Notes: generated by a model not told the origin, from the letters alone. A stretch of DNA of 33,523 nt from Perkinsus olseni (GCA_013115125.1 JABANN010000387.1:1-33523), one strand, 5' to 3'; shown: positions 12,252 to 24,506, counted from the stretch's first letter. Numbers and translations: made by a program.

Positions 12252-13775
12252 TCACCAATGGCCGGCTTGAATCACCTCCGATAGAAGCTTTCCTTGTACA
12301 TCGTACTGTACAATCGCCACGTCTCTCAGCACAGAGGGCTCCGCCAGTCCAATTTTCTCGATGGCCCGAGGTTGAGAGAGGAAATAGTTAGTCATGTTCC
12401 ACGCGGAAAATGAGCCATTACCTGCGGGGTCTACACCTTCCTCAACTACTGCATAAGAGTAACCGACGCCAGCCGGGACAAAGCAATCATTGGACGCGAT
12501 TAAATCGAGTATGAGTGGCATCTGAAAAGAACAACCGCGTCGAAATGCCAAAGTCGAGCACGAGCGCTCTGGCCGATCAGCGTAGAGAGAAGTCAGGGAT
12601 GGTAGAAGGTCTACAGTGAGAAGGGCAATTATGAGGATCGTCAGTGCGAGTTCCAGTCCAGCGTCGAATTCCGGCTTAGTCAGACTAGCACCGATGTACC
12701 ATGCTTCGAGAGGGAGTATCGTACAAGTGACAGTGACTCACCGTTATAACGAGTGCTTTGGGGTCCACACCAGCTCTAGTAGAGTTCTTATGATTTCTTC
12801 GGCGTTGGCATTTGTGTTGAACGCGGGCTTTGATGGGTCACAAGACGGCCATAGGGGAGCGAAGTACATATCCGCGATTTTCCCTAGTCTTTGTTGCAGC
12901 ATCCGTGGCCAGTCCCCAGGCCAAAACCTGGCAAAAAAGACATACCACTCCGCAAGAGTTTCTCGAGGGAGGAATTCTCTCAGAAAATAGCGGCATCCAT
13001 TGTTACCAAAATCCGCAGCCTCGATAGTCTTAGGACTGACCGTCACCGGATCTTCGATTCGCCCTACCCTCTGCCTGAGCGCTACGGTAGCGCCGCTACC
13101 TTCTGTGCTCAATAAAGTAGTTCAAACTCATCCCTCTTGAAACAAGTTACATGGGTGCTAGTCTGACTAAGCCTGATCTGGGCGTTGGAGCTGAAACTCT
13201 CTCACAAAGAACTCACCGCAATGCAGTATCCAGCCCCAGACACTTGAGTATCTCCATCATTTCCCTGATAATTCTCGTCGCCTCATCAAGGGTGGCCCAG
13301 TTTGGCACGGTGGCCGGTAACACATGCAGAATGCCGTGGATAGGAAATTTACTGAGGACTTTAGTCAGGGACTCGACGAGAAGTGTTTCGTTGAAGTTTC
13401 TATAGACATACCCATCCAACTTCAGTAAGATCTTTCCACCTCCCTCTTCAAGGCTATAAACTTTCCCTCATTCCACGTGGAATTCTTCCTTGGCGGCCAG
13501 ATAAGTTTCTCCACAATTTCACTCGTGTGGATAACCTCATATCCACCAAAGACGAAGTGTCTAGTATCCAAAGCAAGAAGGTAACCGAAGTACTCATCCC
13601 AGGTGTACTCCGGTGAAGGCTGTGTTCCGCCCAAGTAGTATGGCCATTCTTTGATGACCCAGGGTCTTCCTAGCTCCTTGTAAAAGTTAAGACTGGTCTT
13701 GCTGGTTACCTTCCCAGATGAACCAAGGGCGTGAAGGCAAAAGAACTGCTGCACGCCAGTCCACATGTAGGGCAA
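12252..13775 (-). pseudogene. Divergent GH18 chitinase-like gene with two frameshifts
   Basis: Motifs include HFVFGGY, GGKILLKLDG (cf. GH18 KvllsiGG), DTALR|FWPGDW, AFNTNA, AGVDPKALVIT|MPL, GYSY..GVDPAGNGSF and YFLSQPRAIEKI. Introns are 13216-12928 and 12741-12522. Frameshifts lie at ~13435 and ~12775. Confidence 0.6.
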
Positions 13776-14709
13776 GGAAAGCTCCTGAATACAATTCCGG
13801 CCGTTAACTGTTGCACAAGGCTTCGACCCACTATGAATAAGATCGACTACTGTAAGTCGTAGGAGTACGATGACGTACTCAATGACGGCACTTCAGCATG
13901 TGTCGAATTTTGGACCAAGATTCTGCTTCTTGCAATTCCAATCGGTAGTGACCTTGAAGTTGTTCAATTATGAGCGTAGCTTCAGCCTCGTACGCATGCA
14001 CGAGCACACCCTCGATCAGCTCTGACTATCAGATTGAACTTATCCGTACCTTCTTGGGGACCAAGTGTAACCCATACCAGTGACCACTCAATATGAGTTG
14101 AGGAGCCAAGGTCCTGTTCTCATTGGTATATGAGAATGATGTTCATGCACTACCGATCAACACTTGCGACCGAGATTATCAACGAGCGGTCCGCGTGTCC
14201 CCGCAGCTGGTCAGAGTACGCGAGTACATAGCTGATCTCTCTCGAACGGCCATGCGTGCCGACCGGGGTATTCCTTCCCACGGGCGAGTATTGAGGCTTA
14301 TCTTCCGAACTGTGTAGACTCATGTATCCAGAATAGAATCCAATGCGACATCTTCCTTAAAGATGATGTTGTGGCTGCTCTGTGTCACACACTTCAGACT
14401 AGATTGTGACTAGGATGACTGAAACGCACACAGTGTGTGCGGGTTTAAAGTCCAACGCCTACGACAGTACGGCTTAGTTAGACTAGCACCACCGACGGAC
14501 CTTTCTGAGGGGAATTGGTACAGACTGTTGAATAGGCTCTGTTCGTCAAGCCGAAGAATGTTGCTCTCAGAGCCAGGTTATCGTCGGCCGGGAACGTCCT
14601 TTCCTCCCGGCAGAATCCGCTTCCACAGCTGCGGGGGCTGTGCACGACCACAAACCCGAGTGGGTTTGGTGGAGACAGGCCTTCAGTCCGAGGAAAAATA
14701 AGCTCGGAT

Positions 14710-15240
14710 TAGGGTATGTCAATCAAACTGCTCATCATTGATGGTGGGCGTACATCCTCTCGGTTGTATTCCCTCCTCGCAGCGGCGCTCATGAGTGATG
14801 ATGATGATGATGATGATGGTTCAGACCTCTCGAAGAGCTTAGGCTCGGTGGGGAAGCTTGCATCTAAGCCGAGCAGAAGTCCAGCGTCGTGGCAGGCTTA
14901 GTTACACTTGATACCGGTGTGCTAGCACCTTAACTATGGACTCTTGTGTTGTGTGATTCAGTTGGCCCTAATACCGCATATAGATAATACACAACATACG
15001 CCGCACAGACCACGGGCTGAGGCATACCCCGACTAGGTGCTTCAAGCTGGTACCCGGGCTTACACGGGGTACTGCGCTCGGAGGCGAAGCTTCGGATCTG
15101 TAGCCGTTGTAGCGATCAAGGACTGAATTTTGAGCTTCTTTCACGGCTGTTTAGTCGACCTAGAAACTCTAGCTTTCCCCGAAGTTTGGTGTGAGGTGTA
15201 GTGCAGTTTTTTTCGGCGAGTAACTCCGCTTCTCATTTCT
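14710..15240 (-). CDS. Possible small hypothetical multi-exon gene (boundaries approximate)
   Basis: Exon-like open segments (VKEAQNSVLDRYNGYRSEASPPSAVPR followed by a GTAAG donor; ...LFERSEPSSSSSSSLMSAAARREYNRE...). Confidence 0.25.
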
Positions 15241-15531
15241 ACCCACCCAGAGGCTCTGAGCCTCGACTACTTGACTGAATACAACACCGAGGGCAATTCT
15301 AAGATACCAATTCGGGTTTCACTGCAGCAGCAAGGTGTCACGATCGACGATAGTAGTAATAATAATAGCTCTTCTTTTGTACATCACTATACACTACGCA
15401 TCATCATCATCATAATAGGCAACCCCTACAGAGAGTGCGTGCTTGGTTTCGCGAAGGTAAAGCAGAGTCCAAGCAGTTTAATGATGCAAATAACAAGTAT
15501 GAGCGTGCAATTTCGCCTCCACCAGCGAGCG

Positions 15532-17870
15532 TCAGTTGTTGCCAAGCCAACCGCCGAACCACGACCCGCCGTAGTAGTGCTTCGAGTCGGGCGCATTCTC
15601 CTCTCCTTTCGACGAGCTCTCCGATTCCGCTGCTGTGGCTGATGGTTGCTCTTCACCAGTGTGAAGCGTAACAACGCCCGCGAATTTCTCATGCATACCG
15701 AGAGCCTGCGGGAAAACTCTCTGGGCAAGGGAATCAAAAACTGCTGCTTACTCGAGTGTAGCCGAAGCTCATTGCCGCCTGGTTGAAGAACTGCATCTGA
15801 GCGTTGCTGTTCTGTTTGGTCGGGTCACCGTACTCGTCCAAGTACGCTCCGTCGTCATCCTCATCATCATCAGACAAGGAACTGTCGAACGACCCTCGTC
15901 GATGTGTGATTGACTTGTCTCCGTCGCTGCAGCGATCAGGACTGTCGCTCTGGAAAAGCAAACTAGATAGAAAGTCCGCAACTCAGATAGGCTACCATAC
16001 CAGCCACCGTCCGACCGCGTCCTTCGCCCGATCTTCGTTATCAATATACGCCGGGCTGCTCGGTGATGCATCTAATTTCGGCGTAAAGTACACGGCTCTA
16101 CCGCAGCTCCCACCTCCGCTCCCCTTCCTCCGACGCCCCGATGACCCCAGCCGGTCTCTGAGGGGCAGATCCGCCAGAGGGACCCATTGGCAGTCATATG
16201 ACGGTAACGTGGGCGAGGGCTCGACCTTCGCTCGGTCAATCTCGGGAATCGCGCTCGAGTTGCCACTGAACGGGAAAGTTATAGTCCCCTTCGATATCAG
16301 CAGCATCACCTGACGTCATTCTCCTTATCGCTGCGGCTCGAGAGAGATCGGGACTTGTCCGAATCGTGGTCGATAGAAGTGACCGTCGGGGCCGAGCTTC
16401 CACTTTGCAAATGGGGGAGCTCGAGCTGAAGGGCCTGCGTCCACTTGCAATCTTGCTCATTTCCTCAACGGGAACTCCCCCAACACTTACCTCTTTAGCT
16501 CGTTCTACGCCGCCTTCCGGGGACTCCTGTCCGAGCACTGACACTCGGAGAAAATTACCCATTATTAAAACGGCCATCTCCGACTTACGTGCATGGCTCT
16601 CAGCGAGACTCCGCCGCCGTGTGCCCGAAACCACAGAGTCCGTCGACACACCTACCGAAGACTAACTAATTTTGTGGCGCGCGACAAGTTACTGAGCACC
16701 TCTCTCACTGTATTCCCTCATGGCTGCCTGCCGACTGGCCACTGCCGCTGATACCGTCCCTTCCGGAATCGTCGCGGCTGCCTCGATAACAGTAACTGCC
16801 TCGTGGTGGTCGTCTGGCACGAGGACTTCAGAGAGCCGCCAGGAGTCGCTTTGCCCTTACCTTCTCCTTGCTGTTGATCTTGATTCCGAGATGATGAGGA
16901 ACCGTCATTCGCAGACGAAATAATTAGCTCCTTCAGAGTATCCTCGGCGATCACCAACCCCTGGCAACCGTGTTAGATTGGCTCACTTGCTATCTTGCAA
17001 TTCCTCAACGGTCTCACCTGAATGCCTGCCTCTTCTAGTGTTCTCAGTAGGGCGTTCTGCATGGCAGAGTTCAACCCCCTCACTAGAGAGACTGTCGCGT
17101 AGGCTTTCTGTTTACGTGCCCACGTAACCTGCCATTCAAGACATAACTGTCACTTGCAATCTTGCAATTCCTCAACGCACCTGTTGAGTGGTTACAGCAA
17201 GCACACCTGGCACCATGAGTATCGCTTGCTTAGCGCTGAGACAAAGCTCCTCACTATAGGTGCCCATAAGCAGTATAACAGCCGTACTTCCTAATGAAAA
17301 AAGTGACATACACCGGGATCGAACCCGGGACCTTCGGCTTACGCATCGCCCCTGTCGTTGCCTTGAATGCCGTCTGGCTTGTGTACGTGTAGGAGTTGCC
17401 ACTGAGAAAAGGGCTCGTCAAATCCAAGGCCAGCCGAAAGAATCAGTCCAGAATCCTCGTGCGCAGCAGAAAGATTCCTCAAGATACCCGACCACCTTAG
17501 TAAAGTGGTCCGGTATCTCATCTCGAGGTAGTGAGGTGACCTTACCTGCTCCCATCGTACTGACGGTAGGCGCCGTAGACGGCCGATACGGGCTCGTGTA
17601 ACCGTACATTCGCCGTGGCTTGCACCGAGGAGGAACATGACGAAGAGCCCGCGGCACTGCCAGTGGGGCATCGACGAACACGAGCGGCTACCTGGGGAAT
17701 TTGGGGAAAATTTGGTACGACTTAAGCACGCATGCACACTCGAATCCTACACCTCCTCTTGGGGTTGGGTAATGTCCTCCCTCTGCTGGATAAGTATTAT
17801 GAACGCTGCTGTGGGGGTTTTCGGGGAGGCCGTAAAAATGAGGAGGTACAACAACGCGGTCGACACCCTA
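15532..17870 (-). CDS. Hypothetical multi-exon protein (~11-12 exons); N-terminal segment weakly START/SRPBCC-like; start not resolved
   Basis: A continuous frame is recovered across short GT-AG introns: ...VQATANVRLHEPVSAVYGAYRQYDGSR|WSGILRNL...RGDA|EELCLSAKQ...TTQQ|VTWARKQ...AGIQ|GLVIAED...GRWL|SDSPDR...GYTR|ALGMHEKF...GSWFGGWLGNN*. The stop is at 15532-15534. Confidence 0.65.
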
Positions 17871-18049
17871 AGGGGATCATTCGGAATAACAAGTTACTGA
17901 TCCGTGGCACGATCGATCTTAAACGCATAAAAGATCAGAGCACGGCGAAATGACGAGTGATGAGCTTCTTTCTGATGGAGGTTACTGTGGCTGTAGCCGA
18001 CAAATGGTGACGCTGCTAATTTGACGTAAAAGACGCAGTTGGCAATATT

Positions 18050-18725
18050 CTATTGGCGACCGCCCTGATGCTAGGTTGGGAGTGATGAGCACTTTACAGT
18101 CGAGTGGGAACCATTCGGGTGAAATGGGATGCTTCGAGTTGAAGATCGTGGGAAAGAAAAAGCAACAGTTATCGATGAGAATTTACCGTGCAGGGTATAG
18201 AACCCGATACCTCTGGAATGTAAGTCTTACCTCCGGACCACGTGGACCATATCCATTTGGATGATACTGATGTAGTGGCTGCGACACAGCCCCGCCACCC
18301 AAAGCCGGATTGGGAGGAGGCATCATCCCTTCACTCTGAATCCCGTACACCGGTTGCTGCTGGTGATGACCCGACTGCCCTACAGGAGCGCTGTGGTACC
18401 TTAAATTACACAAAAATCTAGCGGAGCGACGCACAGAAAATCTTACCCGTATTGTGATGATGAGGACCGTATATATGTCACTTTTGAAGGGGCCTGCACC
18501 TACAATCTATTGTGATAAGCGCGCGCCCCGGCGATCGATTAGGCCGGCAACAACCATTTCCCAGCATTGAATAAGCTGCCAAGCGGCTATGCGAGGCCTT
18601 ACTTCAGGTGTGTGAGTTTCTTGGCGCGCGGGAAAATATTGCCACTGAGGGGCCGGACGACCTCGCCCCTCGTTCCCATTTCGTCCTCTGGCGAACCCCA
18701 TCGGATTCAAGCCGGAGGGATTCAT
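18050..18725 (-). CDS. Small G/P/Q/Y-rich low-complexity protein (4 exons)
   Basis: MNPSGLNPMGFARG...THTPE|VQAPSKVTYIRSSSSQYG|YHSAPVGQSGHHQQQ...GPRGPE|HQGGRQ* joined by GTAAG...AG introns. Confidence 0.55.
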
Positions 18726-19047
18726 CAGACCGAACTGGGGCGGCCGAAAAAGGGAGGATGGTGATCAAACTGAAGGCCAATCGAAAGGTCCCTGGTTCGA
18801 TCCAACCATCATGCTTCCATTTATGGATTCCATATCGCAAAATATCGAAGGATGCCGATAAAATCAGTGATCGCAGACGTGAAAGGAACTGCCTCATTGG
18901 CCGTCTAATGCTGGTTATCCATCATCGCCGGAATCGGGCAAAACCTCCTCCTCCCTCCCCGCATCCTCAAGGTCGTAGGTTCGATTCCTGGCCGAGGCAA
19001 TTTTATGCACTCAACTCTACACCCCTCACAAGAACACCGTCCATGAA

Positions 19048-20690
19048 TCAACGCCAAGGCGGGAAATACTCCCGTCGCTTTCGTGATGGTAATGCATGAC
19101 ACCAAGGACCCCCTTCACGCGTCACTGCGCCACGAAATTCCTGCCGGGAATCGTGATATTTAGTAGGCACTTGCGGAGTCAGACATGTACGAAGCGGCAA
19201 ATCTTGCAATCTTGCTCGTCCTTTCCGTTCCTCAACTCCCCACGGCTTCAAAAATATGCTGCTACTGCACAGCTCATCCTCAGTAATTTCGTGGCGCGCG
19301 AGAACTTCTGACCGAGTCGCCAACAATCGTTCGATAACGTCAACTTGGTTTTCGATTCTTCTTACACTGTCCTCCAACCACCTCGAGGATATCCTCTCGG
19401 CCCTTCGGAGGAGCCCTGCGACACCGTGACGCCTCCCCGACCCACCCCTCCACTCTGCTGGTGATTTGGGCGGTAATAGCATTTCTACTCGAGAAAAACT
19501 GACGACTCGAATGACTTTTCTCGCGCGCCACAAAATTGGGAAGCCCCAACACCACCTTAATCGCCACAGAAATGTACACCTGTTTTTCAAAGAAAGCATT
19601 CAATTCGCTCAGAGCTGCAGTCCCGGGGAGCCAGCAGGCCCGCAACGGCGGCCGTGGCGAGCATGGCCGAGGAAGAGGACGCCCAGAGAGGTGGAAGGGA
19701 TGGGGGCATGCCGACCGCGAAGTCGAACTCAGGATGGATCTGTCGAAGAGAACGGCAAGGAGTTCTCCCGGAGATAGGTGAGAGAGGTCCCCGGTTCGAT
19801 CCCTGGCGAAGGCATCTCACCCTAGGACCAACATATGGATACTTCGGGCTCCCACCAGGGAGCGCCTGCATGATGCTCGGATCGTCAAAGGGCGAGCTCG
19901 GGCCGGTCAGAGGGTTCGGATACCTGCATACTGAGGATCCAAAGATTCCTGAACCGTCACTGCGCCACGAAATTACCACCCACCGCCTGGCAGCCCCAGT
20001 AGCATCACTCGCTTCGCTGCCTGACACCGATCGAGGTTCGTTTTCACGCGCCATAAAATTATTAGACGAGCGAATTTCGTGGCGCAGTGACTCTATAAAC
20101 CTTCCAGCGGCAAGAACTTCGCGCACAGCCAAGATTCGAAAAGATACGCCTCACCTCTGCTTCCGCTAGATGAGCATACCTCGCCATTCTCTCAGCCATA
20201 CCTGCCAGTTCCAGAGGGGAGGTCGTATGGCGGAGCCTTACAACAGCATAATCCAACCCATTCCGTATCTTGCACGGATCGACCAAAGATGCGTTCCCTA
20301 CTTCTGATGGTCCCATCTTCCCTCGGGCTCGTGATGCCTGAATCGATGCAGCCTGTAGTATCTGCATCCAATAAGTGCATACCACATCATCACCAACTAT
20401 CTTGAGCAAGACGAGCCTCGCCCTAAGAATCTCCCTACGCTCAACCCTCCACATCGAGCTTGCTCTAGGCCCTCCCCACTACCTGTCCCTCGTACTGTGA
20501 TGGTCATGATGATGACGGTGATGGTGATGATGGTGGTGGTGGTGAAGATGATGGGGGTGATGATGATGAAGATGATGGGGGTGATGATGGTGGTGATTCA
20601 GCATCCTCCACAGACGTTCATAGGAGAGAAGGCATTGATGCGGGAGAGAAGCCCTATGAAGTACGCCAAGGGGACAGCATCATGACAAGG
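19048..20690 (-). CDS. Hypothetical multi-exon gene(s); exon chain unresolved
   Basis: Overlapping minus ORFs are separated by GT-AG intron-like gaps. They include a coiled-coil-like segment (RWLEDSVRRIENQVDVIERLLATR) and a His- or Ser/Pro-rich CAT/CAC repeat at 20497-20600. Confidence 0.4.
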
Positions 20691-20780
20691 CTCCGATGAG
20701 CTCACAGAACGACTGGAAAAGTATCTTACAATCCCATAAAATGCAGGCCCAACCTCCAAACTCGAATCAAAAACTGTAAG

Positions 20781-23700
20781 TCAAACGCTCCGTTTTCTCT
20801 TAGGCGATGGACTGGAAGCGTTCTTGGTAATCTTGCAATCTTGCTCTTTCCTAATGCATGCCCTATATCTATGACAACTAACCAAGTGGTCGTTCACGAC
20901 TCCCACTGCCTGCAGCAAGGAGTATACCGTCGTCGGCCCCACCATCCTGCAGTAGACATATATATTTACTACATACTACGAAACGGCTGATCGATTTAAC
21001 TATCTATATCAGTTCACACTCTCCCTCTCCTTGCCCCCAGACACGCCCAACTACAGGAGTGGTAAAGTGAATGCTCAGCAGCCATCCTAATAAGACTGCA
21101 TTCACGACAGAGCAGGGGATGGCAGGGAGCCACTCGGTGATGACTCACGTCAAGACGTGGTCGGCTCAGCCGACTGGCGCCGGTCAGACAATCTCACCCG
21201 AATCGCAGCAGGTCGCTCGAGGCTGGCCCGGGACGAATAAAAAACCACTCGTATCGCTATAGAAGTTACTCCCGTCTCCCTATATCGCTAATTACTCAAT
21301 TTTTGTGAAGAGTAAGTCCCTAAGACCAGCGGAAAGTCTCCTTAAGGTGCGCTACATTTCCACCTTGAGCGGCCCTCGTTCGAACCAAACTCCGGACCCC
21401 TCTATCCTCAGCGCTCAATCGTTGACAGCCTTTATTGCGCTAAGATTCAATTACTTTGCAATAACCGGCAGCAGTACTACCAACGTCAATCACCGGCATT
21501 CCCTCGACGATCATTTTATGCTACCATTACTACCGAAATCCCCTCGCTTTCATATCCTTAGCAACCCTCTCTGACAACTCCGTGTGGGAGGGGATATCAT
21601 CGACGCTCTTCCAAGTGTTGACTATCTGCAACAGCAACCCTTTCCTGCACCGCTCCGCCGCTCCCAAGACATTTCCAAGCCCCCATGTCCACGCATGAAC
21701 CAGCGGTGGTAGAAAATTTATAATACTAATCGAAGTCCTCATCGAAATCATTGTTACCATAATACGCCTCGGGTGGCCGGGTTTGGTGATATATTGTCTC
21801 AAGCAGATGACGGAGGAAACAGAAATACGTATCTAGGCACGCATGCTCCAGTGATTACACCTACCCAGCATAACGTGTTGTACAGTTCACAAAGGCCTAC
21901 GTCATTGCATGCCAACGAAGGCTTCACAAAACATGATCGATCCTCGCAGGAGACCCTCACGCCCTCAATCCGCAGACAGGGAGAAGGTGGACGCTCAGGG
22001 ACGGTCCAAGAATTTCGGGGTTCAGACAGGGTATTGTTTTCGCTGCCATTTTCCTCGTCGTCCAACCCGCCAACAGTGACCACTATTCGAGCGAGATGCC
22101 CTCCAAAAGGCATAATAGCTACCTGCCTTCCCTCTGTGAAGTGCCATATGTACTCACACAAACTGCCGTACCTACCAGTACACCAGCAAGCTGAGGGAAG
22201 AGATCTATTTTAATATCGAGTAGAGCTGGGCAACCGTACTGGGGAACGGGTCGAGGAAAGCACGGTACGGATTGCGTTTCAAAGTGTCAACCTAGTACGG
22301 GTGCGGAGAACTAGTACGTATCAAATATATAAAACAACGCGGTACGCGTATCAAATTACGCCGTACTTCAAGTACGGCGTACTAGTACGGTACTTGGGAA
22401 CCGCTGCGACGGGTAGTATGGCTACGGAGCCGTACTCGTAACCGTACCGTTTTCCGTACTAGACCGTACCCGTTCTGTCGCCCACCTCTACTATTGAGGC
22501 ATAACTAGCCAACCCAGAGATCCACCAGATACTCGGCCATTGGCCCCCCTGTTAGAACAAAATAATCGCCTCCCCACGACGGCATCCAAAGAGAACCGCC
22601 GTGTATACATTCACTTTGGCCGTATCTTTTTGCGCATAACACCTACTACTCTGTTTTATGACACGAGGTACTAAACACGACCCGCACTCAAAGCTCTCAT
22701 TCCCAGTCCTCAGCGTTCTATCCCAGAAATAACAAGATGAAATTTTTTAATATCTGCCCTCCCCCTTCTCGCCATTACTACTCGCCCTGCACCGTCCTCG
22801 CGGCCGCAGCGTTCCTGTACACGCTTTCGATCTTCCTCCTACTCCTCACTACGTCAAAGTCGCCCTCCACGACAGCATCTACAAGCTCATCGATCGAGGT
22901 TGCCTTCGACGCTTGCCGGACCAATGTATCCACGTCGAAGTCATTGAACGCCCTGAACCACACAACCACTTCCCTCTGGACGATATCGCTCGACCGAGAC
23001 ACTCCCCAGTTCCGATGCTATACTACAAAAGAAGCTCGACCAAAGCAAACTTCCATTCGTCACCTCAGTGCGGCGAGGAATGAATATCAGTGATGAGCCA
23101 TCTCTCATGTTCCTCACGAAGTTCTGTGGCGCGCGGTCTCTTTCCGCGCTGTGGTAATTGCGAGAGCTGTAGTGGCTCATGAGGAGTGGCAGCCTGTCCT
23201 GAGTCCGCTATATCGCGACAAACAGCATATTCGTTGAGTTCCCCCATCATACTCATCAACGTGACCGCAATCTGTACCATAAGTTGTTAAGATAAGTCCT
23301 CAAGTTGTTATAATTCGTTCTGATATGAAGTCCTCCAACGGTTCAGACGACCATCTTTTTACTGCTATCATCTATACCCCCCGTCCCCAAACCCCAAGTC
23401 CCCGTGGACACTTCCATACCTTTCCGCATGATGCGAAACGCATCAGACCAGGCATGATTCCACCGACGAAAAATCCGGGGAGGGTCTACAGTTCGACAGC
23501 AGCAGGTGGGTAATCCAGAAGGGTAATTTTACTACTATTCTACCCGCTGAAAGATTCGTTCCCCCAGCAGCCCACCCCCTCCTGGCTACTACTGTTTATA
23601 TCCGCTTCGCTTCGCCAAAATTGTCGCCCAACTCAACCCGGCCTGTGCTCCTTCCAAGCATATCATCTCAAACATATGACGATCATCCGACAGGACGGGA

Positions 23701-24506
23701 AGGCCCCATTCCTCATCATGGTACCTCAAGAAGAAGATTTGGGGGAAATGTTCCACACAACTGACTGTCTGGCTGTATGATTCCACTTGCTAGTCTAGCT
23801 CACGTATTGAAATTACTACTGTAGTTCCAACTCAAGACCCACTGTGGATGACTCCCGCTGAGTCATCCCATCTAACTAAGATTATTATCATGCTCATAGA
23901 AAAGCCGACTTGCCCATTCATCGTGACATTATGAATGGGTGCCAGAGTTCGAGCCATCATCTCCAGTAGAAACCGCAAACCTGTGTTTTTCCAGTTTGGG
24001 GAAGCTCACTCTCTTGCGGATGAAACTAAGATTCCTGAGCTGTTAAGCTCCGAGTATGACAACAAAGATCGTGCATATAACTCCTATCCAGTTGGATTCC
24101 CCATTCGTATTATTTCCTCTGGGTAGGGTAATGCTAGTACTATCAACAACGAGGGGAGGGGCGTTGAATTTAACGACGGTCAAGATGCTTCTACTACAAC
24201 TTACACGATCACTACGATGCGCCCAAGGCGGTTCGACTACCCAACCTAGCTTGGCCGAGGTTCACGTCGAGAATAACTCATTTCATGACAGACAACACTG
24301 TTTTCCAACACAAGCCGGCGGTCAACGACATACATTACTGATCAACGGGGGTTGACCCAACAACCTTCCGATCCGCAGCGCAACGCTCTACCACTACGCC
24401 GCCGTCGCCACGACATCCTGCCCCAATACTACCGCACGTAGTCCTCCTTATTCGCTCCTGTATACCTCCCAGCCCATCCACATCTAGCTACTTCCGAATC
24501 CGACAT
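20781..24506 (-). CDS. tag: DNA-3-methyladenine glycosylase I (TAG family); exons 24506-24433, 23724-23593, 22952-22782, 22171-22123, 21625-21534, 20946-20781
   Basis: The spliced protein has RCGWA...YVRYHDEEWGLP...MFEMICLEGAQAGLSWATILAKR..Y.QAFNDFD...VVRSRRKIESVYRNA...YGSLCEYIWHF...SERVAKDMKARGFRMVGPTTVYSLLQAVGVVNDHLVSC. All Zn ligands (C, H, H, C) are present, and it ends with a basic PKRKR motif. Confidence 0.95.
22221..22490. mobile_element. hAT-like MITE (270 bp) in tag intron 3
   Basis: Imperfect TIRs TAGAGCTGGGCAAC / GTCGCCCACCTCTA. The 8-bp flanks ATATCGAG and CTATTGAG match at 6/8. There are many subterminal CCGTAC/GTACGG repeats. Confidence 0.75.
24346..24410 (-). other. Degenerate tRNA-like sequence (Cys-like) at the start of tag intron 1
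   Basis: The minus strand reads GGCGGCGTAGTGGTAGAGCGTTGCGCTGCGGATCGGAAGGTTGTTGGGTCAACCCCC: an A-box/D-arm, an anticodon-like loop and a decayed T-arm. The paralogous copy at ~27941-28000 reads ...AGTGGTAGAACACTGTGCTGCAGAT. Confidence 0.45.

Noticed and set aside
12928-13112. N-terminal part of ORF 12744-13112 as coding sequence
   Set aside because: Splicing LR|FWPGDW places it inside an intron.
17305-19813. Functional, intron-containing or permuted tRNA genes
   Set aside because: No matching 5' halves with a pairing acceptor stem were found up- or downstream; kept only as fragments.
22418-22427. Minus-strand CCGTAGCCAT matches the start of the dinoflagellate/Perkinsus spliced leader
   Set aside because: Only 10 nt, not followed by (C/T)TTGGCTCAAG, and it lies in a CCGTA-rich MITE; likely chance.
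23065-23280. Nested gene within tag intron 2
   Set aside because: Short ORF with no recognisable motifs or supporting exon chain.
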